DNA of 63,767 nucleotides, counting the filler, from an uncultured Synergistales bacterium (GTDB taxonomy: Bacteria; Synergistota; Synergistia; Synergistales; Aminobacteriaceae): assembly GCA_937897575.1 (NCBI GenBank). It is 5 parts of 5 records of this genome, joined end to end, with 100 filler letters (N's around TTAATTAATTAA, not from the genome) between each part and the next. Parts side by side here need not be neighbours in the genome. Positions count along the whole stretch, not along the records: positions 1 to 10,624 come from CALCQG010000056.1; positions 10,725 to 30,459 come from CALCQG010000059.1; 3 more parts are not named here. One strand, written 5' to 3'. The notes under the pieces are model-generated. The model was not told where the DNA came from, did not search any database, and worked only from the letters and a program-made list of their open reading frames with translations. This document shows, one piece after another, positions 10,123 to 19,308 of the stretch. Every line of letters begins with the position of its first letter. Position 1 is the stretch's first letter. The position numbers and the translations under genes are program-made.

Positions 10123-10481
10123 TTGACTGGACAAAAGTAATTACCGTTGAGGATAAGTTTGAACAGGCAAAAGAGGCTAAGCAAGCCGAGATTGCATCAG
10201 CACGGTTCGAGGCTGAGACGGAGGGGATCAACGGTATTCGCACGGATAGGGAGAGTCAGAGTCTTATCACGGGTGCGGCGCTCAAGGCCATGCAGGACAA
10301 TACTTATACCTGTAACTGGAAGGGCGTGGATGGTTTCGTCGAACTGACTGCACTGCAAATCCTCGCCATAGCCGACGCTGTCCGGGCGCATGTGCAAGGG
10401 TGTTTCGACCGTGAGGCTGAACTATTGCCTCTTATCGAGGCCGCGGAGACCCTTGATGACCTGGAGGTGATTGTGTGGTAG
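10119..10481 (+). CDS. DUF4376-like tail fibre assembly protein
   Basis: IRTDRESQSLI...WK..DGFVELT...HVQGCFDRE motif. Confidence 0.75.
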   Translation: MIDWTKVITVEDKFEQAKEAKQAEIASARFEAETEGINGIRTDRESQSLITGAALKAMQDNTYTCNWKGVDGFVELTALQILAIADAVRAHVQGCFDREAELLPLIEAAETLDDLEVIVW

Positions 10482-10502
10482 CGATTCAGTACCGGGAATT
10501 CT

Positions 10503-10534
10503 GGCCGCTCTTGCTCGCGGGGGCGGTCTTTTTT
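10503..10534 (+). terminator. Rho-independent terminator after the tail genes
   Basis: GGCCGCTCTTG-CTCG-CGGGGGCGGTC stem followed by T6. Confidence 0.75.
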
Positions 10535-10624
10535 ATTGCGGTGATGGTCATGCGGAGCAGGGAATGACTGCCCCGGAGATGTACTCCCTCATGCAGGGGG
10601 TGGCGGGGGTGAATGCCTTCGCAG

Positions 10625-10724
10625 NNNNNNNNNNNNNNNNNNNNNNNNNNNNNNNNNNNNNNNNNNNNTTAATTAATTAANNNNNNNNNNNNNNNNNNNN
10701 NNNNNNNNNNNNNNNNNNNNNNNN
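10625..10724. other. Artificial contig linker
   Basis: N-run + TTAATTAATTAA + N-run, exactly 100 nt. Confidence 0.98.
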
Positions 10725-10767
10725 ACGCTCGTTCGCTGCGGCCCTTTTTTATTGCACGTCCTCCCCG

Positions 10768-11208
10768 TCAGAGGATGATCTTTCCCCCGCCGGGCTTGGC
10801 GCCGCCCATACGGTCGAGCTGCTGGAGCACCGCCGGCGAGGCCACGTCGATCTTCGACTTCTGCGACTGCTTGTTCATGGCCTCCTGAAGGCGTTTTTCA
10901 TACTCCTCCATCCCCTTCTTCAACGCCTCCACGTCGCCCTTGACCCACTGGAGGATGTTGTCGGCGATGGCCTCGACGGTCTCCTCGGAGGGCTCGTCCT
11001 TCGTGACGCCGAGGTCCTTCAGGAGACGATGCTCCTCCCGGATGGACTCGCGGATGTCGTCGTCACTGATGATGCCTTTCTTATACAGCACCCGGGCGAC
11101 GATGTTGAACCTGCTCTTGCTGTTCTCGTCGCTGAGCGCAAGGCTGTCCACTCTCGCGAGGAGCATGGACAGGAGTTCGTCAAGACTGATCTGCATCGGC
11201 ATGGCCAT
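10768..11208 (-). CDS. Hypothetical protein
   Basis: 146 aa; RBS GGAGG; codon usage matches neighbouring host genes. Confidence 0.75.
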   Translation of the reverse strand: MAMPMQISLDELLSMLLARVDSLALSDENSKSRFNIVARVLYKKGIISDDDIRESIREEHRLLKDLGVTKDEPSEETVEAIADNILQWVKGDVEALKKGMEEYEKRLQEAMNKQSQKSKIDVASPAVLQQLDRMGGAKPGGGKIIL

Positions 11209-11259
11209 GATGGTACCTCCCTTTCCTCATTGATTAAGATGGGTCTGTATTGTACCACA

Positions 11260-12351
11260 CTAGACGTTGAACCGAATCTCGATCATGTCCCCGTCCACCA
11301 CGGGGTACTCCTTCCCCTCGAGGCGGAGGACGCCCTTCTCCCGGCACTTCGCGAGGGAGGCGTCGTGCGCGATGAAGTCCGCGTAGGAGACCACCTGGGC
11401 CCGGATGAACCCCCGAGCGAGGTCCGAGTGGATCGCGCCGGCGGCGTCGATGGCCCTGTCCCCCTCGTGGAGCGTCCACGCCCGGACCTCGTCCTTGCCC
11501 GTCGTGAAGAAGGACATGAGCCCGAGCAGGCGATAGGCCTCGCCGATCAGACGGTTACGGCCAGGCTCCTCCACGCCGAGGTCCTTCATGAACTCGACCT
11601 GCTCGTCGTCGGCGAGCTCAGAGAGCTCCATCTCCATCTTTCCGAAGACGGGGACCAGGCGGATAGCCTTCTCCTCCGCCAACCCCTTCAGCGCCGAGAG
11701 TCCAGGAACGTCGACTCCCGTCTGGCTTTCGTCCAGGTTGGCCACGATGAGCTCGGGCTTGAGGGTGACGAAGGCAAAGCCGCTCAACGACCGTCCCTCC
11801 TCGTCGGAGAGCGTGAGCTCACGCAGCGGGCGCTCCTCGAGAAGGTGGGCCTGGCATCGCTCGAGGAGAGCCCGCTCGGTCTCCTCCGCCGGGGTGTTCT
11901 TCTTCTTCGACTCGATCCGGGCGAGGCGGTTCTCGATGACGCCGAGGTCCCGGAAGATGAGCTCCATCTCGACGATGTTCCAGTCCCGCACAGGGTCGAT
12001 GCTCCCCTCGGGGTGCGGCACATCGTCGTTCTCGAACAGGCGCACCACGTGGATCAGGGCATCGGACTCCGACACGAAGGAGAGGAAGGCGTTGCCGAGC
12101 CCCTCCCCCTTGCTTGCGTTCCGTGAGAGGCCGGCAAGGTCCACGAACTCCACCGTCGCCGGGGTCTCCTTCTTCGGCTCGAAGATCTGCACCAGCCGGT
12201 CGAACCGACTGTCCGGAACGTGCACCATGGCCCGGTTCGGTTCCGTCCTTCCGCTCGCGTAGGGCTTGACCTCGGCCCCGGCGCGGGTCACCACGTTGAA
12301 AACGGTGCTCTTCCCGCTGAGCGGCAGACCGATAATTCCACACTTCAGCAC
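11260..12351 (-). CDS. ychF: Redox-regulated ATPase YchF
   Basis: CGIIGLP..GKST, EFVDLAGL, GEGLGNAFLS, EVRAWT, AGAIHSD..RGFIRA, RLEGKEY.V.DGD. Confidence 0.95.
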   Translation of the reverse strand: MLKCGIIGLPLSGKSTVFNVVTRAGAEVKPYASGRTEPNRAMVHVPDSRFDRLVQIFEPKKETPATVEFVDLAGLSRNASKGEGLGNAFLSFVSESDALIHVVRLFENDDVPHPEGSIDPVRDWNIVEMELIFRDLGVIENRLARIESKKKNTPAEETERALLERCQAHLLEERPLRELTLSDEEGRSLSGFAFVTLKPELIVANLDESQTGVDVPGLSALKGLAEEKAIRLVPVFGKMEMELSELADDEQVEFMKDLGVEEPGRNRLIGEAYRLLGLMSFFTTGKDEVRAWTLHEGDRAIDAAGAIHSDLARGFIRAQVVSYADFIAHDASLAKCREKGVLRLEGKEYPVVDGDMIEIRFNV

Positions 12352-12508
12352 ATCGACCCCTCCCCGCTTTTCGGGCGTTCTGCGTCTCGGTCAGCATTAT
12401 ACCCGCTCTTTCCGGGAAAGGACAGGAAGAAAAAGCTCCCTTCGCCGGCCTCCCCCCTGTAGTATAATGATCTGCGCAGTCATCTCGTGCAAGGAGGAGG
12501 ACATTCCC

Positions 12509-14023
12509 ATGATCCGTTCCGTGCTCTCGTTGTCCGGCGCACTGCTGCTTCTTTTCCTGGCGGTCCACCCCGCGGCGGCCCAGTCCGTCGAGCTTACAGC
12601 AAAAGAGGTACACCTCTACCCCTCGGGCATGAAGGTCCTCTTCTCCGTGCCCTACGCCGAAAAGATCCAGGCGGAGCTGCCCGGAGCCTTTGACGGACAA
12701 TCGGTCCGCCTTCTCCCTCCCGACGGCATGACGGTCAACGCCTTCAGCGTCGTGGAGCAGCCCCGTTCGCAGTGGGTCCCTCCCGCACTGAGCACCCTTG
12801 ACGGGGTGATCCGGGAGAAAAAATCCGAGATAACCGCCCTCACGGGAAAGATCGCCGCCATCGACCAGTCGACGAAACTCTTCGCCGGCCCCTTCCCGCA
12901 GAACATCGCCGCACAGGAGGTGCCCCAGTACGTCGAGGCCATCCGGCAGGCCCGGGAAAAGCTCGAGACGGAGCGGAGCACGCTCGTCCTCTCCCTCGAG
13001 GAGCGCAAGAAGGAGCTTCAGGTCCTGCAGGCGGAGTACGCCGCCCGGACGCCCCAGGAGGGGGACAAAAGCCTGGTGGTGAACGCGGAGGTCTCCGGCA
13101 AGGGCGATCTCCTGCTCGAAGCCTGGACCACGGCCGTGGAGTGGGCCCCCCAGTACAAGATGAACCTGCGAAGCGAAACGGGCGAGATCGCGGCCACCCT
13201 TCAGGCGAAGGCCTCCCAGAGGACGGGGCTGTCCTTCGATGTGCCGCTCCACTTTCATACCGTCCAGCCCTCGGAGTCCGTCGAACCACCCTATCTCCCT
13301 CCCCTCGTGGCCGACTTCTACGACCCGGCGCCGGGACGGAGCATGGCGAGCTACTCCATGGAGGTTCAAAGCCGCGCCCCCGTGGCCATGTCGGCCAAGG
13401 CCGCACCGGAGATCGTTCAGACGGCGACGGACATGTCCGTCCAGGGGGCGGGGGTGCTGCCGGGCGATGGATTGCCCGTGGAGATAACCCTCGGCTCCTT
13501 CACCCTCAAGGGAAAGACCCAGATTCTCTCCATCCCGCTGCTCTCGGACGACGCATGGATCACGGCGACGGTCGCCGCGCTGCCCGAACCCCTGCTGCCC
13601 GGCACGGTTCTCCTCTCGGTGGACGGCTCGGCGTCGGGGACCACCAGGATACAGGAGTACGGCGCCGGGATGGAGCTTGAGATGGCCTTCGGGAAGATGC
13701 CCCTCGTCGTGGCGACGAAGAAGCCCGTCGTCCCGAAGGAGGGCAGCTCATGGATGGGCAAGGGGCGCACCCAGGACGGGTACGTCATCGAGCTCACCAA
13801 CGGGACGAACGGAAAACAGACCGTGACGCTCAAGGATCGCCTGCCCCTGCCGGCGCAGGAGAAGATCGCCGTGGAGGTGACGACTCTGGAACCGAAACCG
13901 AAGGAGCAGGACAAGGAAAATATTCTGACGTGGGAGTTCGAGATGGCGCCGGGGGAGAAAAAGACCGTCGAGGTGCTCTACCGGGTGACCTATCCGGGGG
14001 ACAAGACGCTGATCATGGAATAG
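12509..14023 (+). CDS. DUF4139 domain-containing exported protein
   Basis: RBS AGGAGG, signal peptide, coiled coil, WAPQY...ASQRTG motif, C-terminal LKDRLP...LTWEFEM.PGEKK.V...YRV. Confidence 0.8.
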   Translation: MIRSVLSLSGALLLLFLAVHPAAAQSVELTAKEVHLYPSGMKVLFSVPYAEKIQAELPGAFDGQSVRLLPPDGMTVNAFSVVEQPRSQWVPPALSTLDGVIREKKSEITALTGKIAAIDQSTKLFAGPFPQNIAAQEVPQYVEAIRQAREKLETERSTLVLSLEERKKELQVLQAEYAARTPQEGDKSLVVNAEVSGKGDLLLEAWTTAVEWAPQYKMNLRSETGEIAATLQAKASQRTGLSFDVPLHFHTVQPSESVEPPYLPPLVADFYDPAPGRSMASYSMEVQSRAPVAMSAKAAPEIVQTATDMSVQGAGVLPGDGLPVEITLGSFTLKGKTQILSIPLLSDDAWITATVAALPEPLLPGTVLLSVDGSASGTTRIQEYGAGMELEMAFGKMPLVVATKKPVVPKEGSSWMGKGRTQDGYVIELTNGTNGKQTVTLKDRLPLPAQEKIAVEVTTLEPKPKEQDKENILTWEFEMAPGEKKTVEVLYRVTYPGDKTLIME

Positions 14024-14065
14024 GAGCGTCAGAGTCGAGCCCCACGCTCCGGAGTCCGACGCCCC

Positions 14066-14254
14066 TCACACCGCCAGGGACAGAGGGACGCTTCGGGGGA
14101 AAAGAGGCACATAGGAGACGGCGCCTGTTTCCACTGGAAACCAGGCGCCGTCTTCGTTTTTATCCCAGGAGACCCGGGAGGGCGTCGGCGTGTCCGAGGA
14201 AAGGACAACCCCTTCGTTGTACCAGTTACCGTCCGCATCCTTCATCCACGTCAT
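14066..14254 (-). CDS. Small hypothetical protein (62 aa)
   Basis: Purine-rich RBS, near-consensus promoter upstream, internal W-x-K-x-x-D-G-x-W repeat. Confidence 0.55.
   Translation of the reverse strand: MTWMKDADGNWYNEGVVLSSDTPTPSRVSWDKNEDGAWFPVETGAVSYVPLFPRSVPLSLAV
14114..14161 (+). terminator. Rho-independent terminator downstream of the DUF4139 gene
   Basis: GGAGACGGCGCCTG...CAGGCGCCGTCTTC stem then GTTTTT. Confidence 0.65.
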
Positions 14255-14299
14255 GAACTCCGCCCCCTCCTGTTTGCGATGTCCTCGCTTCTTGAGGAG

Positions 14300-14328
14300 G
14301 TTATAGCACCCCGGAGAGGATATGTCAA
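14300..14328 (-). promoter_or_regulatory. Sigma70 promoter for the small ORF
   Basis: TTGACA-17 nt-TATAAC with extended -10 TG on the minus strand. Confidence 0.7.
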
Positions 14329-14358
14329 CTAGTGTTCCCTATTTTATTTAAAATGGAT

Positions 14359-15201
14359 TTAAGTTTCTTTTATCGAGAGGACCGTATCGCCGTCGGGACC
14401 TCGAAGCGTCGGGGCAACGAAGGTCTCCGACGGGACGCCGCCTCGGGCCTGGAGGGCGGCCGTAAGAACCCGGCCCAGAGCAACGCCCAGGGCATACCCC
14501 GGCCACTCGAGACGGTAGAGCCCGGGTGACTCAGGAACCTCAGGCACGACACACCGGCAGCCGGAGCTCCCGTCGCCCGGGGGCAGGCCGTCGTACACCA
14601 CGAAGGCCCCCCGGCAGTCGCCGGACAACGGGGCGAGACGGGCCGACAAGAAGGGAAAGAGGGCACCTTCGCCCGCCGCAAGCATCATCGGCCGACCGCC
14701 GGCCGCCCCTTCGAGCTGCCGGAGAGTGCTCTCCTCCGAGAGCAACACCGCCGGCCCGCCCGGAAGGCTGAAGCCCGCGGTGACCAGAGGGACGGCGAGC
14801 TCGGACGTCTGAAGCGGCACCGAAGAGGCGCCCAGCCACGCGATGCAGTCCACGCGCCGGGCGAGCAGGGACGGCAGGATATCCTGCCCCCTGAACTCCG
14901 GTATCTTCAGGAGGATGTCCATCTCGAGCCGCGCGAGGGTGCGGTGCAATCCCCTGAAGAAGGAGGGCGAGAGCCAGGGGTGCAGGTCGGCTAGCACGAC
15001 GGCGGCAATGCCCGTCCGGCCGCCCGACAGGCTGCTCGCCGTGACGTTCAGGCGGTATCCGAGGGCCCGGGCGGCATCCCAGACCCGCTCCCGCGTGACG
15101 GAGGATATCCTCCGGTCACCCTTGAGGGCTCTGCTGACCGTCGCTTTGTCGACCCCGGCCGCGCGGGCCACGTCCTCCATCGTCGGGCGTTCCACGGCCA
15201 C
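14359..15201 (-). CDS. LacI-family transcriptional regulator
   Basis: PTMEDVARAAGVDKATVSRAL HTH, LGYRLN hinge. Confidence 0.9.
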   Translation of the reverse strand: MAVERPTMEDVARAAGVDKATVSRALKGDRRISSVTRERVWDAARALGYRLNVTASSLSGGRTGIAAVVLADLHPWLSPSFFRGLHRTLARLEMDILLKIPEFRGQDILPSLLARRVDCIAWLGASSVPLQTSELAVPLVTAGFSLPGGPAVLLSEESTLRQLEGAAGGRPMMLAAGEGALFPFLSARLAPLSGDCRGAFVVYDGLPPGDGSSGCRCVVPEVPESPGLYRLEWPGYALGVALGRVLTAALQARGGVPSETFVAPTLRGPDGDTVLSIKET

Positions 15202-15207
15202 CCTCCT

Positions 15208-16851
15208 TTAGGCGCCGAAGCTGCTTCCGCCGATGAACTCCCTGATGATCGAGTTGTTCGGGATACTCTCCGACGGGATCATGGGGATGAAGCGGAGCAT
15301 GGAGAGGAGCCTGCGCGCCTCGCCGTACATGGGCGAATCCTCCCCCACGGTGTGGAGCACCGGTTCGGCGTAGGGACGGAGCGCCGCCAGCTCGTAGGGC
15401 AGCGACGAGTTGAACATGGCATCCGCCCGCTTCTGATAGGGGAAGATGTACTGCATCGCCCCCTCGATGACCTTGGGCCACAGGAGCAGGGTGGACTCCG
15501 CCGAGTGCCCCCGCGTCCGCGCGTCCCGGACGAGCCTCCGGAGCAGGCGGTTGTCCGTGGTGCTGGTGCGGTTGTGCTGGTCGAAGTTCACGCCCGTGAG
15601 CGGCGAGATGAAGATGCCGTACCTCTGCGCCCGGGGGATGAAGTCCAGGATTCTCTCATTGAGGCCGTGGATGCCCTCCATGATCAGCACGTTGCCCGGC
15701 TCGAGACGGATGCTCTTTCCGGGGGATTTTTTCCCCTCGACGAAGTCGAACTGGGGCAGGACGACCTCCTCGCCGGCGACGAGCCTGTTCAGGTGGTCCC
15801 TCAGCAGATCCAGCTCCAGGGCCTCGAGGACCTCGAAGTCGAAGTTCCCCTCGGCGTCCCGCGGGGTATGCTCCCTGTCCACGAAGTAGTTGTCCATGGC
15901 CAGGGTGTGAGGCCGGATGCCGTTCACCAGAAGCTGGATCTTCAGCCGCTCGGAGAGCGTCGTCTTGCCCGATCCCGACGGGCCCGCTATGGCGACGATC
16001 TTCACGTCGGGGCGGGACACTATTTCATTCGCGACGCGGGCGAGGTTCTGGGAGTGGAAGGCCTCGGAGACGAGGATCAGTTCTCTGGCCCGACCGTCCG
16101 CTATGGTCTCGTGGAGCGCGTCCATGGTCCGGAGGTCCAGGACCTCCAGCCACCGGGCGTACTCGATGAAGACGGACGATATGTTCTTAGACGCCCTGAA
16201 CGGCGGCAGCGAGGCCGGATAGCTCGTGGTCGGGAACTGCAGCACCATGCCCGGCTGGAGCAGGTGCACGTCGTAGATGGTCAGGTAGCCCGTCGACGGG
16301 GCGAGGGATGCGTAGTAGTATCCGTAGGTATCGCCGCATCGGTAGAGCTCCACTGGGTCCACCGTGGACCATCGGAAGAGGTGTGCGACCTCCTCCTGTC
16401 CCTGCGCGGTGAAGATTCGCTTCGCCTCGTCGAGGGAGACGATCTCACGGACGAAGGGGATATCCTGGGCCACGAGGTCGGCCATGGCCATCTTCACCGC
16501 CTCGATCTGTTCGGCCTCGACGGTCTCGCCGGGGAGCTCCCAATAGTACCCCTCACTGATGGAGTGATGAAGGACAACTTCCTTACCGAAGGCCTTCTGC
16601 CAGGCGAGGACGAAGAGGAAGCTCAGCGATCGCCGGTAGACCTCCATGCCCTCGAAGGACGCCGTGGTGATGAACTCGACCTTCGCCTCGCCCCGGACCG
16701 TGCAATCCAGGGAGCGAAGATTGTTGTTCACCCGCCACGCGACGACGGTCTCATCCTTTCCGGCAGGAATCGATTCGAGCAGAGCCTGTCCGGAGATCGG
16801 CTCCTCGCTGCAAAACTCGGGGCCATCCTGAATGTGCAGAACAAAACCCAT
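15208..16851 (-). CDS. Nucleoside (uridine) kinase with N-terminal ThrRS-like domain
   Basis: YRRSLSF N-terminal region; IAGPSGSGKTT P-loop; MEGIHGLN; DNRLLRRLVRD. Confidence 0.88.
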   Translation of the reverse strand: MGFVLHIQDGPEFCSEEPISGQALLESIPAGKDETVVAWRVNNNLRSLDCTVRGEAKVEFITTASFEGMEVYRRSLSFLFVLAWQKAFGKEVVLHHSISEGYYWELPGETVEAEQIEAVKMAMADLVAQDIPFVREIVSLDEAKRIFTAQGQEEVAHLFRWSTVDPVELYRCGDTYGYYYASLAPSTGYLTIYDVHLLQPGMVLQFPTTSYPASLPPFRASKNISSVFIEYARWLEVLDLRTMDALHETIADGRARELILVSEAFHSQNLARVANEIVSRPDVKIVAIAGPSGSGKTTLSERLKIQLLVNGIRPHTLAMDNYFVDREHTPRDAEGNFDFEVLEALELDLLRDHLNRLVAGEEVVLPQFDFVEGKKSPGKSIRLEPGNVLIMEGIHGLNERILDFIPRAQRYGIFISPLTGVNFDQHNRTSTTDNRLLRRLVRDARTRGHSAESTLLLWPKVIEGAMQYIFPYQKRADAMFNSSLPYELAALRPYAEPVLHTVGEDSPMYGEARRLLSMLRFIPMIPSESIPNNSIIREFIGGSSFGA

Positions 16852-16881
16852 GGTGTCCCGCTCCTTTCAAAAAATCCTATC

Positions 16882-18249
16882 CTAATAGGTCCACGTGAAA
16901 TCGGGGAGCCCTTCGGCCGCCATCCTCCGCCGGACATCGTCCGATATGCTCTCCAGCGCCGCCATCGTCCGCCCCTCGCAGCGCGCCACGATCACGGGCT
17001 GGGTGTTCGATGCCCGGACCAGGCCCCAGCCCTCGGGGTACAGGATGCGCACACCGTCCACGGTGATCGCCTCGCGCTCCTCGAGGACTTTGTCCCTGAG
17101 GCGCTCCACCACCGCGAACTTCGTCGCATCGGGACAGTCCACCCGCATCTCCGCCGTGCTGAAGTACCGCGGAACGCCGGCGAAGAGCTCCGACAGGGTG
17201 CTGGTCGTATTCGAGAGGATCCGCAGGATTCGGCCGGCGGCGTAGAAGGAGTCGTCGAACCCGTAGTACTCGTCGGCGAAGAAGAAGTGCCCCGACAGCT
17301 CGCCCGCGAAGGGCGCGCCGATCTCGCGCATCTTGGCCTTGATGAGGGAGTGCCCCGACTTCCAGAACAGAGGCACGCCGCCGAGGCGAAGGATCTCGTC
17401 CACCAGGGCCTGGGAGCACTTGACCTCCACGATAGCCTCGGCCCCGGGGTACTTGGGCAGGATTTCGTTCCAGAAGAGGGTCATGAGGACGTCGCCCCAG
17501 ATCATCTCGCCTCGCTCGTCCACCACGCCCAGACGATCGGCGTCCCCATCGAAGGCGATTCCGATGTCGGCATGCTCGCGGCGGACGGCCTCGGCAAGGC
17601 TCCGGAGGTTTTCGCGCTTCTGCGGGTCCGGGTGGTGGTTTGGGAAGGAGCCGTCCGGCTCGTCGTAGAGGGAGATCACGTTGCAGCCCAGCCCCTCGAG
17701 GAAGGGGCCGACCCAGGGGCCCGCCGTCCCGTTGCCGCTGTCGGCCACCACCGTGAGCTTTCGCGGGCCGAGGGCGATCTTGGAGAGGAGCATGGTCAGG
17801 TCCGTCCGCGTGACGGTCCCCCGGCGTTCGGCAGCCTGCGACTCGTCGGATGTGATCATGCGGAGGAGCTCCTGGATATCCGCCCCGTAGAGCGTTGCGC
17901 CGTCGAAGGCGAGCTTCAGGCCGTTCATGTCTTTCGGGTTGTGACTTCCCGTCACCATGACGCCCGCCCTCAGCTTCAGGTGGTAGGAGGACCAGTACAG
18001 CATGGGCGAGGTCACCATGCCGAGGAGGACGACGTCCACCCCCGCCCAGGTGAGCCCATCGACCAGGGCGCCGGTGATGCGCTCCGTGGACAGCCGGACG
18101 TCGCCGCCCACGGAGGCCTTGTCAACACCCCGCTGACGGAGCCATGTTCCGAAAGCCGCCCCTATGGCCCGCACCACAGGGTCCGTAAGATCGTCGTCGG
18201 CGACTCCCCTGATATCGTACTCACGAAAGATTGCAGGCGAAATGTGCAC
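16882..18249 (-). CDS. Phosphomannomutase/phosphoglucomutase
   Basis: FREYDIRG, TGSHNP, FDGDADR, GELSGH, LVRASNT. Confidence 0.95.
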   Translation of the reverse strand: MHISPAIFREYDIRGVADDDLTDPVVRAIGAAFGTWLRQRGVDKASVGGDVRLSTERITGALVDGLTWAGVDVVLLGMVTSPMLYWSSYHLKLRAGVMVTGSHNPKDMNGLKLAFDGATLYGADIQELLRMITSDESQAAERRGTVTRTDLTMLLSKIALGPRKLTVVADSGNGTAGPWVGPFLEGLGCNVISLYDEPDGSFPNHHPDPQKRENLRSLAEAVRREHADIGIAFDGDADRLGVVDERGEMIWGDVLMTLFWNEILPKYPGAEAIVEVKCSQALVDEILRLGGVPLFWKSGHSLIKAKMREIGAPFAGELSGHFFFADEYYGFDDSFYAAGRILRILSNTTSTLSELFAGVPRYFSTAEMRVDCPDATKFAVVERLRDKVLEEREAITVDGVRILYPEGWGLVRASNTQPVIVARCEGRTMAALESISDDVRRRMAAEGLPDFTWTY

Positions 18250-18380
18250 GAATAAAACTCCTTTCCAGCGGCTCCGCTGTCTCTCGGGTTCAAAGTACGG
18301 TATGATTGCTCCTGTGCGTTTTCATCTAATCACGGCGAGGCCGGTACGTCAACGCCCGCCCGCGAAGCCGGAGAGGTCTC

Positions 18381-19307
18381 ATGAACGAACTGTCCATCAT
18401 CGCGCCAATCGTCCTCGTCATCGCCCTGGGGTGGTTCTGCGGCACCTTCGGCCTCGTCTCGGAACGGACGTTCCGGGAGAACAACGCCCTGCTCTACTGG
18501 TTCTCCATCCCGGCGCTGCTCATCCGCCTCACCATCCAGGCGGACCTCTCGGCCCTCAGCGGGTGGAACCTCGTCATCGCCGTCTACGCCGGGTACCTGG
18601 TCATGCCCGTCATCGCGTGGCTCGCGGGCAGACTGTTCAGGGAGGAGCGCAAGCGCCTCGCCATCTCCGTGCTGATCGCCATCCGGTCCAACCAGGTCTT
18701 CATGGGCATACCGGCGGTCTCCATCGCCCTCGGCACCGCAGGGCTCGGGAATCTCTCCGTCTATCTCGCCATGAGCCTCGTGGGGTACCATCTGATCTCA
18801 ATCTCCAGCTCCCAGCTCGTCCTCTCGGGGGGCATCTCCACGGGCTCCCTCTGGGACACGATGAAGAAGCTGGCGAGAAACCCCATGATGCTCGCCTCCC
18901 TGCTGGGGATCCTGCTCTCCCTCATGGGTGTCCGTTCGCTGCCGAAGGCCGTGGACATGACCCTGAAGGTCCTCGGCGACATCGGGACGGGGCTCGCCCT
19001 TCTTTCGGCGGGCGCGAAGCTGCAACTCCACTCGGTCCTCGGCCTTCTCCGAAGGACTTGGCGGGACGTGGTCATCAAACTGACGGTCCAGCCCGCCGTC
19101 GTCTGGCTGCTCTTCCTCCTGTGGCCGGTGGAACGGGGGATGGTCCAGACGGTGGTCCTGGTCAGCGCCATGCCCGTCGCCGTGAACTCCCTCGTGGTGG
19201 CCCAGGGGATGGGCATGGACGACGTCTACGCCGGCGAGGTCATCGCCGCATCCACGCTCTTCTCCGTCTTTACCGTGCCGCTCTGGCTCCGGGCGCTCGG
19301 CATATAG
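18381..19307 (+). CDS. AEC-family (auxin efflux carrier) transporter
   Basis: About 10 hydrophobic segments; SN..FMGIP, NPMMLASLLG, AMPVAV motifs. Confidence 0.85.
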   Translation: MNELSIIAPIVLVIALGWFCGTFGLVSERTFRENNALLYWFSIPALLIRLTIQADLSALSGWNLVIAVYAGYLVMPVIAWLAGRLFREERKRLAISVLIAIRSNQVFMGIPAVSIALGTAGLGNLSVYLAMSLVGYHLISISSSQLVLSGGISTGSLWDTMKKLARNPMMLASLLGILLSLMGVRSLPKAVDMTLKVLGDIGTGLALLSAGAKLQLHSVLGLLRRTWRDVVIKLTVQPAVVWLLFLLWPVERGMVQTVVLVSAMPVAVNSLVVAQGMGMDDVYAGEVIAASTLFSVFTVPLWLRALGI

Positions 19308-19308
19308 A

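Larger units (their letters stand above)
1..10624 (+). mobile_element. Prophage tail morphogenesis module (siphovirus type), partial
   Basis: Co-oriented, overlapping genes in canonical order: tube, chaperones, tape measure, minor tail, NlpC/P60, tail tip, fibre, fibre chaperones. Confidence 0.9.

Noticed and set aside
10564..10624. Possible holin start (MTAPEMYSLMQGVAGVNAFA) after the tail terminator
   Set aside because: Position fits but only 20 codons are visible before the contig end
10625..10724. TTAATTAATTAA flanked by Ns (four occurrences) as a biological repeat
   Set aside because: Identical 100-nt scaffold linker; ORFs running into it and cross-linker gene neighbourhoods are artefacts
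17780..17815. Phosphomannomutase seems a few residues short at RTDLTMLLSKI
   Set aside because: Frame and catalytic motifs are intact; cannot be confirmed without an alignment
15352..18255. 967-aa plus-strand ORF and many similar long ORFs (e.g. 137..1843, 11819..13369, 55638..57461)
   Set aside because: Antisense or alternate-frame shadows of well-supported genes in GC-rich DNA; no recognisable motifs
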